Assembly: GCA_965228735.1 (NCBI GenBank)
Contig: OZ245838.1
Coordinates: 5,152,001-5,216,000 of the forward strand
Source: Planctomycetota bacterium
Lineage (GTDB): Bacteria > Planctomycetota > UBA1135 > UBA2386
Reading direction: 5' to 3'
Length of the DNA stretch: 64,000 bases
The notes beneath the pieces were generated by a model. That model saw nothing but the letters and a program-made list of their open reading frames with translations, was not told where the DNA came from and did not search any database. This document shows, one piece after another, positions 50,255 through 60,584 of the stretch. Position 1 is the stretch's first letter. Every line of letters starts with the position of its first letter. The position numbers were made by a program, and so were the translations under genes.

Positions 50255-52267
50255 CTAATGGAATGTGATGTCTTGGTAGAGTTGCTTCTTGCCGCGCGGG
50301 ATCTCTAGCGACTTGGGTTCGAACCAGAGTGAGGCGAAGAAAGAGTCTGCTTTCGACGCCTGGATGGTATACGATCCGGGAGGAAGCCGTAACCTAAAGT
50401 ATCCACGAGCATCGCTAATCGCCTTACCAAAACGTGTTAAAGGAACACTAGTGCTTGCGTCTGGTGGCGTGCCTGACATAGTCAATTCAACTCTTCCGAG
50501 GCTCTGAGTGCCCCTTCTTGTGAATCCCTCGACTAGCGTCCCAGTCTGGAGCTGAAGATCAGCTCTTGCCGATTCTCCATCCTTCGTCACAGAGTGATTG
50601 CCGGTCACCAAGGTGCAGAAACGCGGGTGCGTGACTGTTAGATTGTAGTCCGCCAGCCCCAGCCTTTGAAGGATGAAGGCTCCCGAATTGTCGGTGTGAG
50701 TATGCGCGACGGTATAGTGTATTGGAAGAAAAGCGCTGAGTAGCCCCATGTCGATCTCCGTGCTGATTCGCGCGCCAGATACCGGGTTGCCGCTTGTGTC
50801 GGTGACGAGGCCGTGAATCGACGCTCCGAGGGCAAGTTTGGCCTCAACCGTGACCGGAGGGCCTGGTTGAACTGCAAAGACCGGCGAAAGCGACTTGGCA
50901 TGGGCGCTATGCTCGATCAGTAGGCGGCAGTTCATTGGGAATCCTCGAGGACTCCTGTGAACTGGTAGGCGGACGGTGGCCCACGCTTTATTTGGATCGG
51001 CGGCGTAGTCTGACGGAGTCACAGCTATTCTCGAGAGCCCTACGGGTGTAAGGTTGGGGCCGAGTAGCTGGGCGCGGTACGACTTTACAGGGCGGCCGTC
51101 TACTGCGTGGACTCGAAGTCTTATCGAGGGTGGTCGCGGTAGGGTAAGTCGGAGGTTTGCGCTGTCCGTGGCCCGCCTCGCTTCAGTCGGCCAATAGTCT
51201 GGGTGCGCCGTGGTCACACGGTAGATTCCCTTGCGCAGTCGAGCTCTGAATCGGCCGGACTTGTCGGTGGTCCTGCGTTCGGCGACGGATTCATTTGCTG
51301 GTGATTCGGGCGTATTGGCGTCTGATGGCGCTTGGTTCCTAGCCGCGATAGTTGGGTTTCCGGTTATCGTTATTCGAGCACCTTGCACGGGGCTGCCGTC
51401 GCTATCAACGACCAAGCCCTGCAGCGTCTCGCCTCGGGTCATCGCAATCCTCACTGAAGCAGATTCTGGGCTAGCGGACGCCGATCTCTCCCGAAGTCGC
51501 CGGGACGCGTATCCGTTGGCTTTCGCGAGCAAGAGGACCTTGCCTCGGGTGGGGGCCGCGCTGAACCGGAAACTCCCTCGCGAATCGGTAGTAGCCCAAG
51601 TGCCGCTCTCGGCTATTGGCGTGAACATCGGGTCTATGTACATGCTGGGCTTCTGGGTTAGGCATACACGGGCGCCCGAGATTCCCGCTCCCGTGTCTTC
51701 ATCAAGCACAAGGCCAGCGAGCGTTACTCCTTGATCCAGGGTGATATCTCCCATGTCGTGCCATGGGGTTGCTGCGAGCTGTGCCGCTTGAAAGGTGATC
51801 GGATAGTTGTTGTGCAGGATCTGGACGACGTATTTGGCTTGCGCGGCTTGCTGATTCGCGGGGCTCGATATCTTCATCTCAAATCGGCCGTCGGGCCCGG
51901 TTCGAGTCTCTTGGATGGGGTCCTGTGATTGCCCTAGTCTGGCATAGATTCCGGCTCGAATCGGATCACTCCACGAGCTTAGGGTTGCCAAGACCCGCGC
52001 CCTGTCGGCAGGTTCGCCATCTGGCTGTATGATGCGACCCCGTAGCCCCCGTATGGCATGTGAGCTATTGTCTGGGTCTATTCCAATCGTCTGTCCTCGT
52101 GGCTCCTCGTTCGCGGTGCTGCCGCTCGCCGAGTCATGCGTGATCCCTTGCGGCTTGCTGGCGTCCCCGTTGGCGCTAGCGTTGTCGGTGGTGGAGGCTA
52201 CGCAGATGAGTGCTGTGGGTATTGCGCAAGCCACCAGGGTGATGAGTATCCATGCACGCATTCGCAT
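50255..52267 (-). CDS. Exported protein with repeated carboxypeptidase-regulatory-like (TTR-fold) domains
   Basis: Repeated G.V.D..G.PV.GA.I...TD..G.F motifs, an N-terminal hydrophobic helix and noticeably AT-richer DNA. Confidence 0.8.
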   Translation of the reverse strand: MRMRAWILITLVACAIPTALICVASTTDNASANGDASKPQGITHDSASGSTANEEPRGQTIGIDPDNSSHAIRGLRGRIIQPDGEPADRARVLATLSSWSDPIRAGIYARLGQSQDPIQETRTGPDGRFEMKISSPANQQAAQAKYVVQILHNNYPITFQAAQLAATPWHDMGDITLDQGVTLAGLVLDEDTGAGISGARVCLTQKPSMYIDPMFTPIAESGTWATTDSRGSFRFSAAPTRGKVLLLAKANGYASRRLRERSASASPESASVRIAMTRGETLQGLVVDSDGSPVQGARITITGNPTIAARNQAPSDANTPESPANESVAERRTTDKSGRFRARLRKGIYRVTTAHPDYWPTEARRATDSANLRLTLPRPPSIRLRVHAVDGRPVKSYRAQLLGPNLTPVGLSRIAVTPSDYAADPNKAWATVRLPVHRSPRGFPMNCRLLIEHSAHAKSLSPVFAVQPGPPVTVEAKLALGASIHGLVTDTSGNPVSGARISTEIDMGLLSAFLPIHYTVAHTHTDNSGAFILQRLGLADYNLTVTHPRFCTLVTGNHSVTKDGESARADLQLQTGTLVEGFTRRGTQSLGRVELTMSGTPPDASTSVPLTRFGKAISDARGYFRLRLPPGSYTIQASKADSFFASLWFEPKSLEIPRGKKQLYQDITFH

Positions 52268-52565
52268 AATGTGTGGATTCCAGTGGCTGAATGGGGGGCA
52301 GTGGGGCTAGTCGGCGCGGGTCATATTGGGCGCGACGGGTGGTTGGTCCGCGGAGTCAACGATACGTAGAGCCTCAGCGCTGGCGCTGAAGGCATGATGC
52401 GTGGCCCCGAGCCGCGCGTCAAGGGGGGGGGCTTAGGTTGGCCTCAGCGATTCCGATGAGAGGGTGGGGCGTCTTGATTCGGCTATACTTGGCCGGCAAG
52501 ATTCTTAGTTTCTAGGCTCGCAAGCGAGTGGCTTGAGCGGGGCTTTGTGTTGGCGAGGAAGTGCG

Positions 52566-54062
52566 ATGAGTAATATTGAGCGTGATTCGCGAGTCGAGTT
52601 CCTCAAGCATCTGCGGTTTGTGCATTTCGCGCTTACGACCGTCTCGGTCACCCTCGCGCTCGTGCATATACCTATCCCGACGCCGGCGCGAACAGAGGGG
52701 GAGATCCGCGATATCAAGAATCTTCAAGACGCAATAAGTCGGCATACTTTGGGTAAGTTCGATAGCGATGCCTTGAGTCGTGAGAGGCACCCTCTTGGAT
52801 ACGAGATGCCGAGAAAGAGTGTTGTGACTTGGGAGTTTGAGATCGGAGATGAGAAGGTGCAGGTCAGCATTCCGCGCAGCGACTTTCACCGAGTGATGCC
52901 TCTGGACCCTTGGGTGGATTGGTTTGACGGAAGTGTAGGTAGTTTGGCGCCTTGGTACGGGGTGCCGCCGGGGTATACGCCAGCCCCGGAGGTCGCGCCA
53001 GCAATAGAGACGCTTGAGCAGATTGAGGGGTTTTGGAGTTACTACTTCAATGTCGTGGTTGTCGCTGCGAGCAGAGAGCTCTTTACCAACGGTAAGGGCG
53101 CGCCGCGAGAGGAATGTTTCAGAATATACGATAGCAATTACGAGGAGTTCGCCGACTGGATTAAGAGTGGTGAGGAGGAGCCGTGGGAAATCAAAAGTTG
53201 GGGATACCAGCGTCGGCTGCTGGAGATCACCTTCGGAGACACGAAGTTCCGCGCGTGCGGCCCCATTGCCGTTGAAGAGCCTGTATTGCCTCGCCGAGTG
53301 CGTGGCCGCTTTATTGTCGTGCTATCGAAAGAGCGTGGAGCGTTTCGTGCTGCGCGTCGGGCCGAATCAAGTAGTATGCCTGGGTCAGAGGGTCTGTACC
53401 TTCGGGGTTTTATTGTCCCGATGTCTACGTCGGCATCGAACTGGGGAACGTTTTTGAAGGGTCGTCCCGTAATCGAGATACCGATTGAGTGGGAGTCTTC
53501 CCCTGTCGATGTTCGGCAAGTGCTGGTGGGGACCCCACTCCGTGGCTCGAGGCTCGGCGCGGGCCCAAGGGCGTTCGGGGAGGAGTTTCCCTACCTCAGT
53601 GAGCTAGCATCACGAGATCCGTTGGCGACGCCAGGGGAGTTGGCGCAGGATGTGCGTCGCAGGATTCTGGATGAGGGTCGCGGGCAGTCCATTGCACCCT
53701 TCGGAATCGTTATTCCGCGTAGTACTTTGCGTGGGGCTGGAGCGTTGCTGATCGCTGGCGTGCAACTCTACTTCCTCTTGCATCTCGCGCATTATCGGAA
53801 GCGGTTTCGTCGGGAGCCGCACACTGGCGCATTGCCTTGGGTTGCCATGTACGACGACCCGGCATCTCGAGTCGCCACGGTCGTCTCGGTTTCAATAGTG
53901 CCGTTGGTGGCACAAATGTTAATACTGTTTAGGGGTAGGGAGGCGCTGCTCGGCGTTGATAGTTTACCGTTAGTGGCGGGCGCGCAGATTACGCTGATCT
54001 TGAGTATTGTCTCAGTGGTAAACTTGAGGCATCTGGCGATGGCGCAACGATTAGATGGTTAG
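52566..54062 (+). CDS. Hypothetical membrane protein (1 N-terminal and about 3 C-terminal TM)
   Basis: Long ORF in an AT-richer segment with clear hydrophobic helices. Confidence 0.7.
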   Translation: MSNIERDSRVEFLKHLRFVHFALTTVSVTLALVHIPIPTPARTEGEIRDIKNLQDAISRHTLGKFDSDALSRERHPLGYEMPRKSVVTWEFEIGDEKVQVSIPRSDFHRVMPLDPWVDWFDGSVGSLAPWYGVPPGYTPAPEVAPAIETLEQIEGFWSYYFNVVVVAASRELFTNGKGAPREECFRIYDSNYEEFADWIKSGEEEPWEIKSWGYQRRLLEITFGDTKFRACGPIAVEEPVLPRRVRGRFIVVLSKERGAFRAARRAESSSMPGSEGLYLRGFIVPMSTSASNWGTFLKGRPVIEIPIEWESSPVDVRQVLVGTPLRGSRLGAGPRAFGEEFPYLSELASRDPLATPGELAQDVRRRILDEGRGQSIAPFGIVIPRSTLRGAGALLIAGVQLYFLLHLAHYRKRFRREPHTGALPWVAMYDDPASRVATVVSVSIVPLVAQMLILFRGREALLGVDSLPLVAGAQITLILSIVSVVNLRHLAMAQRLDG

Positions 54063-54291
54063 GGCCAACGAGTTGTGTCGAGTGCGGCTAGCCATGTGTC
54101 CCGATGTGTCCCGAATTGTCTCGCGGGGAATGATCTTCGTGGTCGGAACGAGGGTCTTGGCGAGGCTCAGCAGATTAGAATGTACTTGGTGACCCACGAG
54201 GTGCGTGCCGACCGTCTTGCGCTTGCCTCGCTTCTCATATAGCGGTTTCCGGTCTTTTCCTCGTCGATGGGTGAGTTTGCGGTGACAGGCT

Positions 54292-54466
54292 CCTGCGTGC
54301 CGACGAGCCGCTTGAGCTGCTATCCACGCCGAGCCCACGATGCGGAATCCGAGTCCGTAGAGAAGCCCGTCGATCAGGCTGAGGCGGACTCTGTGGCCCA
54401 CAGGTTGCTTCGTGTGTTGCATCGTTGCTCCCAGCATCCAGTGCAGTGAGAGGGGGATGCGCTGGC
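54292..54466. repeat. Direct repeat copy 1 (degenerate copy of the small-peptide gene)
   Basis: Near-identical to 60694-60878 over GAATCCGAGTCCGTAGAGAAGCCCGTCGATCAGGCTGAGGCGGACTCTGT...GATGCGCTGGC, with a short internal deletion. Confidence 0.92.
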
Positions 54467-54535
54467 GGGACGGTTCGACGGACGCGCTGACGACGAACCC
54501 GGGCACGCGTCGATCCTCGCTGGCCGACCATGGCG

Positions 54536-55507
54536 CTAACCCGTCGTGGCCGGCGGCCAGTAGCGGGGCGTCGCGTGCAGGTTTTGCGGCCGGTAGTTGT
54601 CGGAGCCTTGGAGCTTGCTCTGGACGGATTCGTGGACCCAGTCGCTCCTACGCGGCCTTCGGACTTGCGATCCAAGCGGCATCCACATCGCCGTCATCGA
54701 GTCGTGAATTGGGGAGGAAGGGCGCTTGCGTTGCCTGACCACTTCATTGGCCTTGAAGAGCAGTCCGTGGCCGGCGGCGCGGTAGATCATCCACTGCAGC
54801 GCGATGTTGGAGAGGCCTCGGCGCTTGTAGCCACCGCCGATGTCGGAATGGACGCCGGCAAACCAGACTTCTAGGACACGCTTCTCTTCGGCCTTCCAGC
54901 GCAGCACCGGGAACATCTTGCGGCGTTCGTCGATCGCCATCGCGTGGTAGCCGGCGACCACGTTCGCAGCGAGGTCGCGGTCGCCGAATTCGTCATCCAG
55001 GGTCGACTTGACGGTGTCCCATGCACCGATCATCTCGATCGAGATGTCGAAGGACTTGCCGTCGGTGCGCAGCTTCTTCGCCGCGCGCTCGTCGCGGTTG
55101 TCATAGATGTCCCACGCGCGAGCCTCGTCCGAGGCCTTCTTGGTGAGGCCGCAGAGGTCGAGCATCCCGCTGAGCCGCCGCACGATGTATGCGCCGCGGC
55201 TGAACCCGAGCAGGAAGACGCGGTTCTGGTACGGTCGCCACCCGGGCATCGCGAAGCGGCTGCGGAGGAAGCTGTACCCCGCCTTGATTCGCTTCTCACG
55301 TCCGGTGCCCGCGACGTTGCCCGCGATCGCTTCGTACTGCCGCGTCCCGACTCCCTTCTCGTAGTGGACGGCCTGGGCCGGGCGGGTCTCGCTGGCGCGG
55401 GACGAGCGCAGGACGGCGTCCTTGAACAGCTTGACGTTGGTAGGAACGGACGGCTCGTTGCCCGTTCCGTCGCAGAGGAACACGAGGTTGCGGCGCAGGC
55501 CACTCAT
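54536..55507 (-). CDS. DUF2235 / Tle1-like phospholipase
   Basis: LCDGTGN, TNV, GVGT, GFSRGA (GxSxG), WDTV, HAMAIDERR, WFAGVHSDIGGGY. ATGA overlap with the upstream gene. Confidence 0.9.
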   Translation of the reverse strand: MSGLRRNLVFLCDGTGNEPSVPTNVKLFKDAVLRSSRASETRPAQAVHYEKGVGTRQYEAIAGNVAGTGREKRIKAGYSFLRSRFAMPGWRPYQNRVFLLGFSRGAYIVRRLSGMLDLCGLTKKASDEARAWDIYDNRDERAAKKLRTDGKSFDISIEMIGAWDTVKSTLDDEFGDRDLAANVVAGYHAMAIDERRKMFPVLRWKAEEKRVLEVWFAGVHSDIGGGYKRRGLSNIALQWMIYRAAGHGLLFKANEVVRQRKRPSSPIHDSMTAMWMPLGSQVRRPRRSDWVHESVQSKLQGSDNYRPQNLHATPRYWPPATTG

Positions 55508-55893
55508 CGGCCGGCTCTTGAGCGGGTCGGGTGCTCGGTTGGCAATGTCGTACTCGTGCTGTCGCCGTCGTCCTCCGCCTCGACCCAGCACCAGATCTCC
55601 ATGGTCGTCGGTGCCCACAGCCCCAGCGTGAAGATCGGCGCGATGTCGTACAGCAGGCATCGCCCAGTCGAGACCGTGTGCATGCCGCGGCACGACTCGT
55701 TGCACGGGATGTGATCCGTATCGCTCCACGAGAAACCCCAGTAGGAGCCGTGGAACAAGAACTCCTGCGAGCTCTCGGCCTTCTCGAAGCCCGCCAGAGC
55801 GGTCGAGTCGAAGACGTCGAACGTCGTGCACGACGTCGCGAGTGGGAGGATCATGCAGACCGCAGACAGTCTGCCTACCTGAGTGATCGTCAT
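55504..55893 (-). CDS. Bor/Iss-like lipoprotein
   Basis: Lipobox ATSC, ..YWG, C...C, and FTLGLWAPTTMEIWC resembling the Bor TLGIYTP.....C end. Confidence 0.7.
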   Translation of the reverse strand: MTITQVGRLSAVCMILPLATSCTTFDVFDSTALAGFEKAESSQEFLFHGSYWGFSWSDTDHIPCNESCRGMHTVSTGRCLLYDIAPIFTLGLWAPTTMEIWCWVEAEDDGDSTSTTLPTEHPTRSRAGR

Positions 55894-56133
55894 GGCGAGG
55901 GTGGGTTGGAAGCGACGGACGGTTGTTTTTATGGCGCCTTCGGACGGTGTGGCTGGGGTGTTACTGCGGTGAGACCTCGGTGACGCGGATCCTCGCTGTG
56001 CCCTCGTTGTTCTCGTAGAAGAACCAGGGGCCGCTCGGGCACAGGTAGCAGGTCACGTCGTTGACGCAAAAGAACAGCCGCCCGGTTCGCGCGGCCTTGA
56101 AGACCATTCCGGACTCGATCCGGTGTCGTTTCG

Positions 56134-57497
56134 GGGAGTGTGCAGCTAACGGTGTAAACGGCGACCAGCTGGCGGAGTGAGGTCACGGTTACAGGGCAGG
56201 TATCCTGCCTTGAAAGAAGATAGCGAGCTGCCCGAGGACGGCGCTCCAATTCCAGAGCGCACGCGTCCACTTCTTCTCGAAGCGACGCAGCGCGAGGTAG
56301 AGCAGCTTGGTGACGGACTTGTCGTCCGGGAAGTGGCCGCGGTACTGCAGCAGCTTGCGCAGGCTCGAGTTGAGCGCCTCGATCTGGTTGGTCGTGTAGA
56401 TCACGCGCCGGACCTCGGGCGGGAAGTCGAGGAACGGCACGACACGCTCCCAGTTCGCTCGCCAGGACGAGGTGATCATCTCGTAGCGGCGGCCCCACTT
56501 CTTGTCGAAGGCATCCAGCGCTGCCTCGGCGGCTTCACGGTTGGCCGCCGTGTAGATCGGCTTGAGGTCCTTGGCGACGGCCTTGCGATCCTTGTAGCTG
56601 ACGAAGCGCAGCGAGTTCCGGATCATGTGCACGATGCAGGTCTGCACGGTGGCCTGCGGGAACACGTGCTCGATCGCGTCCGGGAAGCCCTTCAGGCCAT
56701 CGCAGCACGCAATCAGGATGTCCTGGACGCCCCGCGTCTTCAGCTCGTTCATGACCTTCAGCCAGAACTTGGCGCCCTCCGTCTGCTCGATCCAGATCCC
56801 GAGGACTTCGCGGCGGCCGTCGAGCGTGACGCCGATCGCCAGGTAAACCGACTTGTTTCGGACGACGCTTTCGTCGCGCACCTTCACGACGAGCGCATCG
56901 AGGAAGACGATCGGGTAGACCGGCTCGAGCGGCCGGCTCTGCCAGGCCAGGACGTCTTCGTGGACCGCCGACGTGGCGCTCGAGATCAGCGATGGCGAGA
57001 CCTCGACGCCGTACAGCTCCTCCAGGTGGCCCTGGATGTCGCGGACGGTCATGCCGCGGGCGTAGAGCGCCAGGATCTTCTCGTCGAAGCCCGCGAAGCG
57101 TCTCTGGCGCTTCTTGACGATCTCGGGCTCGAACGTGCTGTCGCGATCGCGCGGCACCTCGATCTCGAGCTCGCCGTCCTCGACCTTGATCGTCTTGCTG
57201 CGTGATCCGTTGCGCGCGTTGCTCGTGCCCTCGGCACGCGGTGCGTGCTTCTCGTAGCCGAGGTGCTCGGTCATCTCGCCTTCGAGGGCTCGGCCGAGCA
57301 GCCGGGCCGTCAGCTCCTTGAGGATGCCGTCCTTTCCTGTCAGGTCTTCTGGCTTCTCGTAGTTGGCGAGGAGCTGGTCGATCAGCTCGTCCGGGATTCG
57401 GTGGCGGTCATTCTTCTTCGGGGTCATCGGTGGGCTCCCTACGGGTCAGAGGATCCCACCAGCCGTCACGCGAATACACCGTTCATCGCACACTCCC
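56134..57497. mobile_element. IS256-family insertion sequence (1364 bp)
   Basis: 23-bp imperfect terminal IRs (GGGAGTGTGC-n4-AACGGTGTA at 56134-56156 and its reverse complement at 57475-57497). 8-bp TSD TCGTTTCG at 56126-56133 and 57498-57505. Confidence 0.97.
56189..57427 (-). CDS. IS256 family transposase
   Basis: RNG, VPRDR...FEP, VFLDA..VKVR, CDGLKG, QTCIVH.IRNS, YTTN.IE. Confidence 0.97.
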   Translation of the reverse strand: MTPKKNDRHRIPDELIDQLLANYEKPEDLTGKDGILKELTARLLGRALEGEMTEHLGYEKHAPRAEGTSNARNGSRSKTIKVEDGELEIEVPRDRDSTFEPEIVKKRQRRFAGFDEKILALYARGMTVRDIQGHLEELYGVEVSPSLISSATSAVHEDVLAWQSRPLEPVYPIVFLDALVVKVRDESVVRNKSVYLAIGVTLDGRREVLGIWIEQTEGAKFWLKVMNELKTRGVQDILIACCDGLKGFPDAIEHVFPQATVQTCIVHMIRNSLRFVSYKDRKAVAKDLKPIYTAANREAAEAALDAFDKKWGRRYEMITSSWRANWERVVPFLDFPPEVRRVIYTTNQIEALNSSLRKLLQYRGHFPDDKSVTKLLYLALRRFEKKWTRALWNWSAVLGQLAIFFQGRIPAL

Positions 57498-59423
57498 TCG
57501 TTTCGCGTTCGGCGATCCAATCGAGACCAGAGGCACGAACCACGGCAGCGCCGGTTCGCGCTTCCACCATCGCAGGCACTCCATGAACAGCGTGGAGTCG
57601 ACCTTCAATCCGGTCTCGTCGGCCGCGAGAGAGCTGTCCGACCAGCCATCGACGTCAAGGATCTCGATCCGGTAGCTCCTTCCACGGACTACGGCGTGCG
57701 ACGTTGCCTGCGCCGGGTTCTTGGTCTCGAACTTGATTTCGGCGACTTCGTCGATCGGCAGCACCGGCAGTTGCGCCTCAATCGGCGTCTGGTACGGGAG
57801 GACGCGGGCGCCGCCTACGATCTGAACTCCCAGCCATCCGATGGCGAGTATGGCGAGCCCACCGGTGAGGTGTGCGATACGCAGGCCTGCGCGAGGCGCC
57901 GGCGCAGGTGGCTCCAGTTCCTCGGGCGCGACCTCGGCCTCACCGTGCTTCCAGGCTGCGGTCGCTGCCCTCGCGTTCTCATTCATAAGTCGCCCGCGCA
58001 GCAAGACCATGCCCACCAGTGCCGCGGTGAACAGCAGCGTGTAGAACGGTTCCTTGCGCATCGCTGCGATCCAGTCCGATACGAGCTCCGGTGTGTTGTC
58101 CTGCAGGAATGTCAGCAGGTGGCCGATGCCGAGCAAACCCCACTCCGGCTCGATCCAGGCTTCGGAGCGCCAACTCAGAATCGCTGGCCACGACACGAGC
58201 AGCGCCGTCCAGGCGAGGAGCCCCACGTAGAGTAAGCGTCGTTTTGTGTACACGCGCGCGAGTGCCTTTGTGGAGTCTTCGTTCGGACGCGGGCCGGCTG
58301 AAACGGCGTCCTCGACCTCGAACTGCGCGGGTAGCACTCGCGGCGCGTAATCGAGGTGACTGCGCACGATGCGATCGAGCACGCTTTGGTGGACCAACGG
58401 AATCGCCGCCGAGGCGGTGCAAGTCGCGGCGACTTGCCGCGGGCTGTAGCGGTAGTAGACGGCGAGCCCCGAACGGGAGTCGTGCATCGAACCGAGCGTG
58501 TTGACGTGCGCCCGGATCTGATCGCGTTTGGCCTGATTGAAGCGCAGACCGCGAGACTCGGCTTTGCTCATCATCCAGTCGAGCGCCACGTACGACAGCG
58601 AGTCGCGCGGATACCCGCCGCCGACATCGGAGTGCATGCCGGCGAACCAGACCTGCTTGATCTCCTGCTTATGGGCCGCCGTCTCGGACTCGTCCCAGAG
58701 CACCGGGTGGAACGTTTTGCGCTCGTCGTCGATCGAGAGGGCGTGGTAGCCGTGCCGGATCTTCGGCGACGGCTTCTGGTTGCCGAACCTCGTCCACGCG
58801 TGCTTCCCGATGACGGGGAGCCAGGCAAAAGCCTGCATGGCCCAGGCGATCCCCTCTTTGACCTCGTCGATCGGAAACCCGTAGGCGTCGACCGTGTCCC
58901 AGACGCCGACGAAGTGGATGTCCCGGAACCGGGTGTCGCGCTCGATCTCCGGCTTGCCGCGCAGGATCGTGCGGTGCGTCTTCCTGTAGGAAAGCCAGGC
59001 GGCGTTGACGCGCCGCTTGAGATCGCGCCCTTCTCCGGGGTCGATGATCCCCGCGTGGGCGATCATGCCCGCCAGGCATCGCACGGTGAACGCGCCGCGG
59101 CTGAAGCCGAAGAGGAAGATCTGGTCGCCGTCGCGGTAGTTGCGCGCCAGCCACTCGTAGAGGTTGCGCACGTTCCTCGCGAGCCCATAGCCGAACGCGC
59201 CGCCGATGAGCGCCAACCACGACTGATCGCTCGTCCCGACGCCATCGCTGTGGATCGCGAGTTGCGATGGCCCCGGGTCATCGCCTTCTCCGCTCCGGTG
59301 GTCCAGCGAGTCGAACGTCCGGAACACGTTGGTGCCGCGGGCACGACCTGCCCGGTTGCCCGTGCCATCGGAGCACAGGACGAGGTTGCGATGGTGCATA
59401 TCGAACTCCTTCCTGGAGCGTGC

Positions 59424-60584
59424 CTACTGCACGTAGTTGACGCGAACTTGCCCGTTGGCGGTTAACACGATCGAGACATGGTCGTCTCCAGTTGGATCCG
59501 CATGTCCCTCTGGTCCGGACTCTTCGTGGTCCCACTCATCGTCGCCCTCGTGATCGCCCCGATCTGTTCGGAAGATGTTGGCGAGGGGGACTTGGTTTGC
59601 CAGATAGCGCTGGGCCGCTGCTGATCGCGGGTGTTCGTGCGCGTGGCCTGCGGAGAACACGACGTGGGTAGGGGAGACGGCCTGGATGAACGCCGTGGAG
59701 CTCCCATTGTCGGCGCCGTGGTGCGGGGCGATCAGCACGTCTGAATCGATCGTCACTGCCGGTGAGTAGTCGACCATGTGCCTTTCCGTTGCGATGCACA
59801 CGTCGTTCGGGTCGTCGATGTGGCGTCCAACGGCGTCTCCTGCGAAGAGAACGGAGCGGTTTCGGTAGGTCAGGCGCACACAGATGCTGCCCGCGTTCCG
59901 GCGTTCGCTCAGGCTGTTAAGGTCCCAGTCGTCGGGCGGTTGGTGGAAGCCGCAAAGGAAAGTGACGAAGACATCGCCGAAACGAAGTGTCGCCCCGGGC
60001 CGGACCGTCCGATGGGCGAGGTTGATGTCCTCGCAGTCTTCATGCTCGACTTCGATGGCGATTGCTTCGTTCGCGTTGCGCCATGTCGCCGTCGTTCGAG
60101 GCAGGCCAGTGCGAAGCACACGGCGGACTGTGTAGGCATCCAAGATCTCGTCGACAGCGCCGAGGTGATCGGCATCGCTGTGACTAAGGACCATGATCTC
60201 GATCTCCTCCGCATCGTCCTCGATGAAGTCTTGGATCGCTTCGAACGAGCGATTGCCGCCGCCGGAGTAGTGGCCAGCGTCATAGATCATGTAGCGGTGC
60301 GTTGTCTCTCCTGGCAGTAGCGGCAGCCGCGCGACGCAGGCGAGCCCGGCGCCGATGTCGAGGACCCGGATCTCAAGGTCGCCTGGTCCTTGCGGCGCTG
60401 GGGCGACGGTTTCCGTTTGTGCTGCTCGATGCTCGTGATCACCCCACGAGATCGTCGTAGACAGCTGGCACGCGCCGAGCGCGACAAGCAGCAGTGTCGA
60501 GAATGCGGTCCGAGCGATGTGTTGGAACCGGACGACGACAGACACGGGCCTGTCGGCCCGCAGCGAATGGCGTGCGACGCTCAT
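59424..60584 (-). CDS. ComEC/Rec2-like MBL-fold metallo-hydrolase, predicted lipoprotein
   Basis: LDIGAG, YDAG, SHSDADHLG (HxDxDH), N..S, LFAGD, APHHG, SAG....HP. Lipobox LGAC. SD AGGAG before ATG 60584. Confidence 0.85.
   Translation of the reverse strand: MSVARHSLRADRPVSVVVRFQHIARTAFSTLLLVALGACQLSTTISWGDHEHRAAQTETVAPAPQGPGDLEIRVLDIGAGLACVARLPLLPGETTHRYMIYDAGHYSGGGNRSFEAIQDFIEDDAEEIEIMVLSHSDADHLGAVDEILDAYTVRRVLRTGLPRTTATWRNANEAIAIEVEHEDCEDINLAHRTVRPGATLRFGDVFVTFLCGFHQPPDDWDLNSLSERRNAGSICVRLTYRNRSVLFAGDAVGRHIDDPNDVCIATERHMVDYSPAVTIDSDVLIAPHHGADNGSSTAFIQAVSPTHVVFSAGHAHEHPRSAAAQRYLANQVPLANIFRTDRGDHEGDDEWDHEESGPEGHADPTGDDHVSIVLTANGQVRVNYVQ

Larger units (their letters stand above)
55961..59399 (-). 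pseudogene. DUF2235/Tle1-like phospholipase with TM helices and a C-terminal LecA-like domain, interrupted by IS256
   Basis: CSDGTGN, GFSRGA, WDTV, WFAGMHSDVGGGY. Removing the IS and one TSD restores an in-frame tail ...SPNAKR|HRIESG...GRLFFCVND...FYENNEGTARIRVTEVSPQ*. Confidence 0.85.

Noticed and set aside
52438..54069. GTTGGCC ... GGCCAAC flanking the 52566-54062 gene, suggestive of an integron cassette
   Set aside because: Only a 7-mer, no convincing attC palindrome, no IntI-type integrase, and neighbouring genes have mixed orientation.
59424..60584. Calling the MBL gene comEC
   Set aside because: Lacks the multi-TM competence channel domain; only the MBL domain is present.
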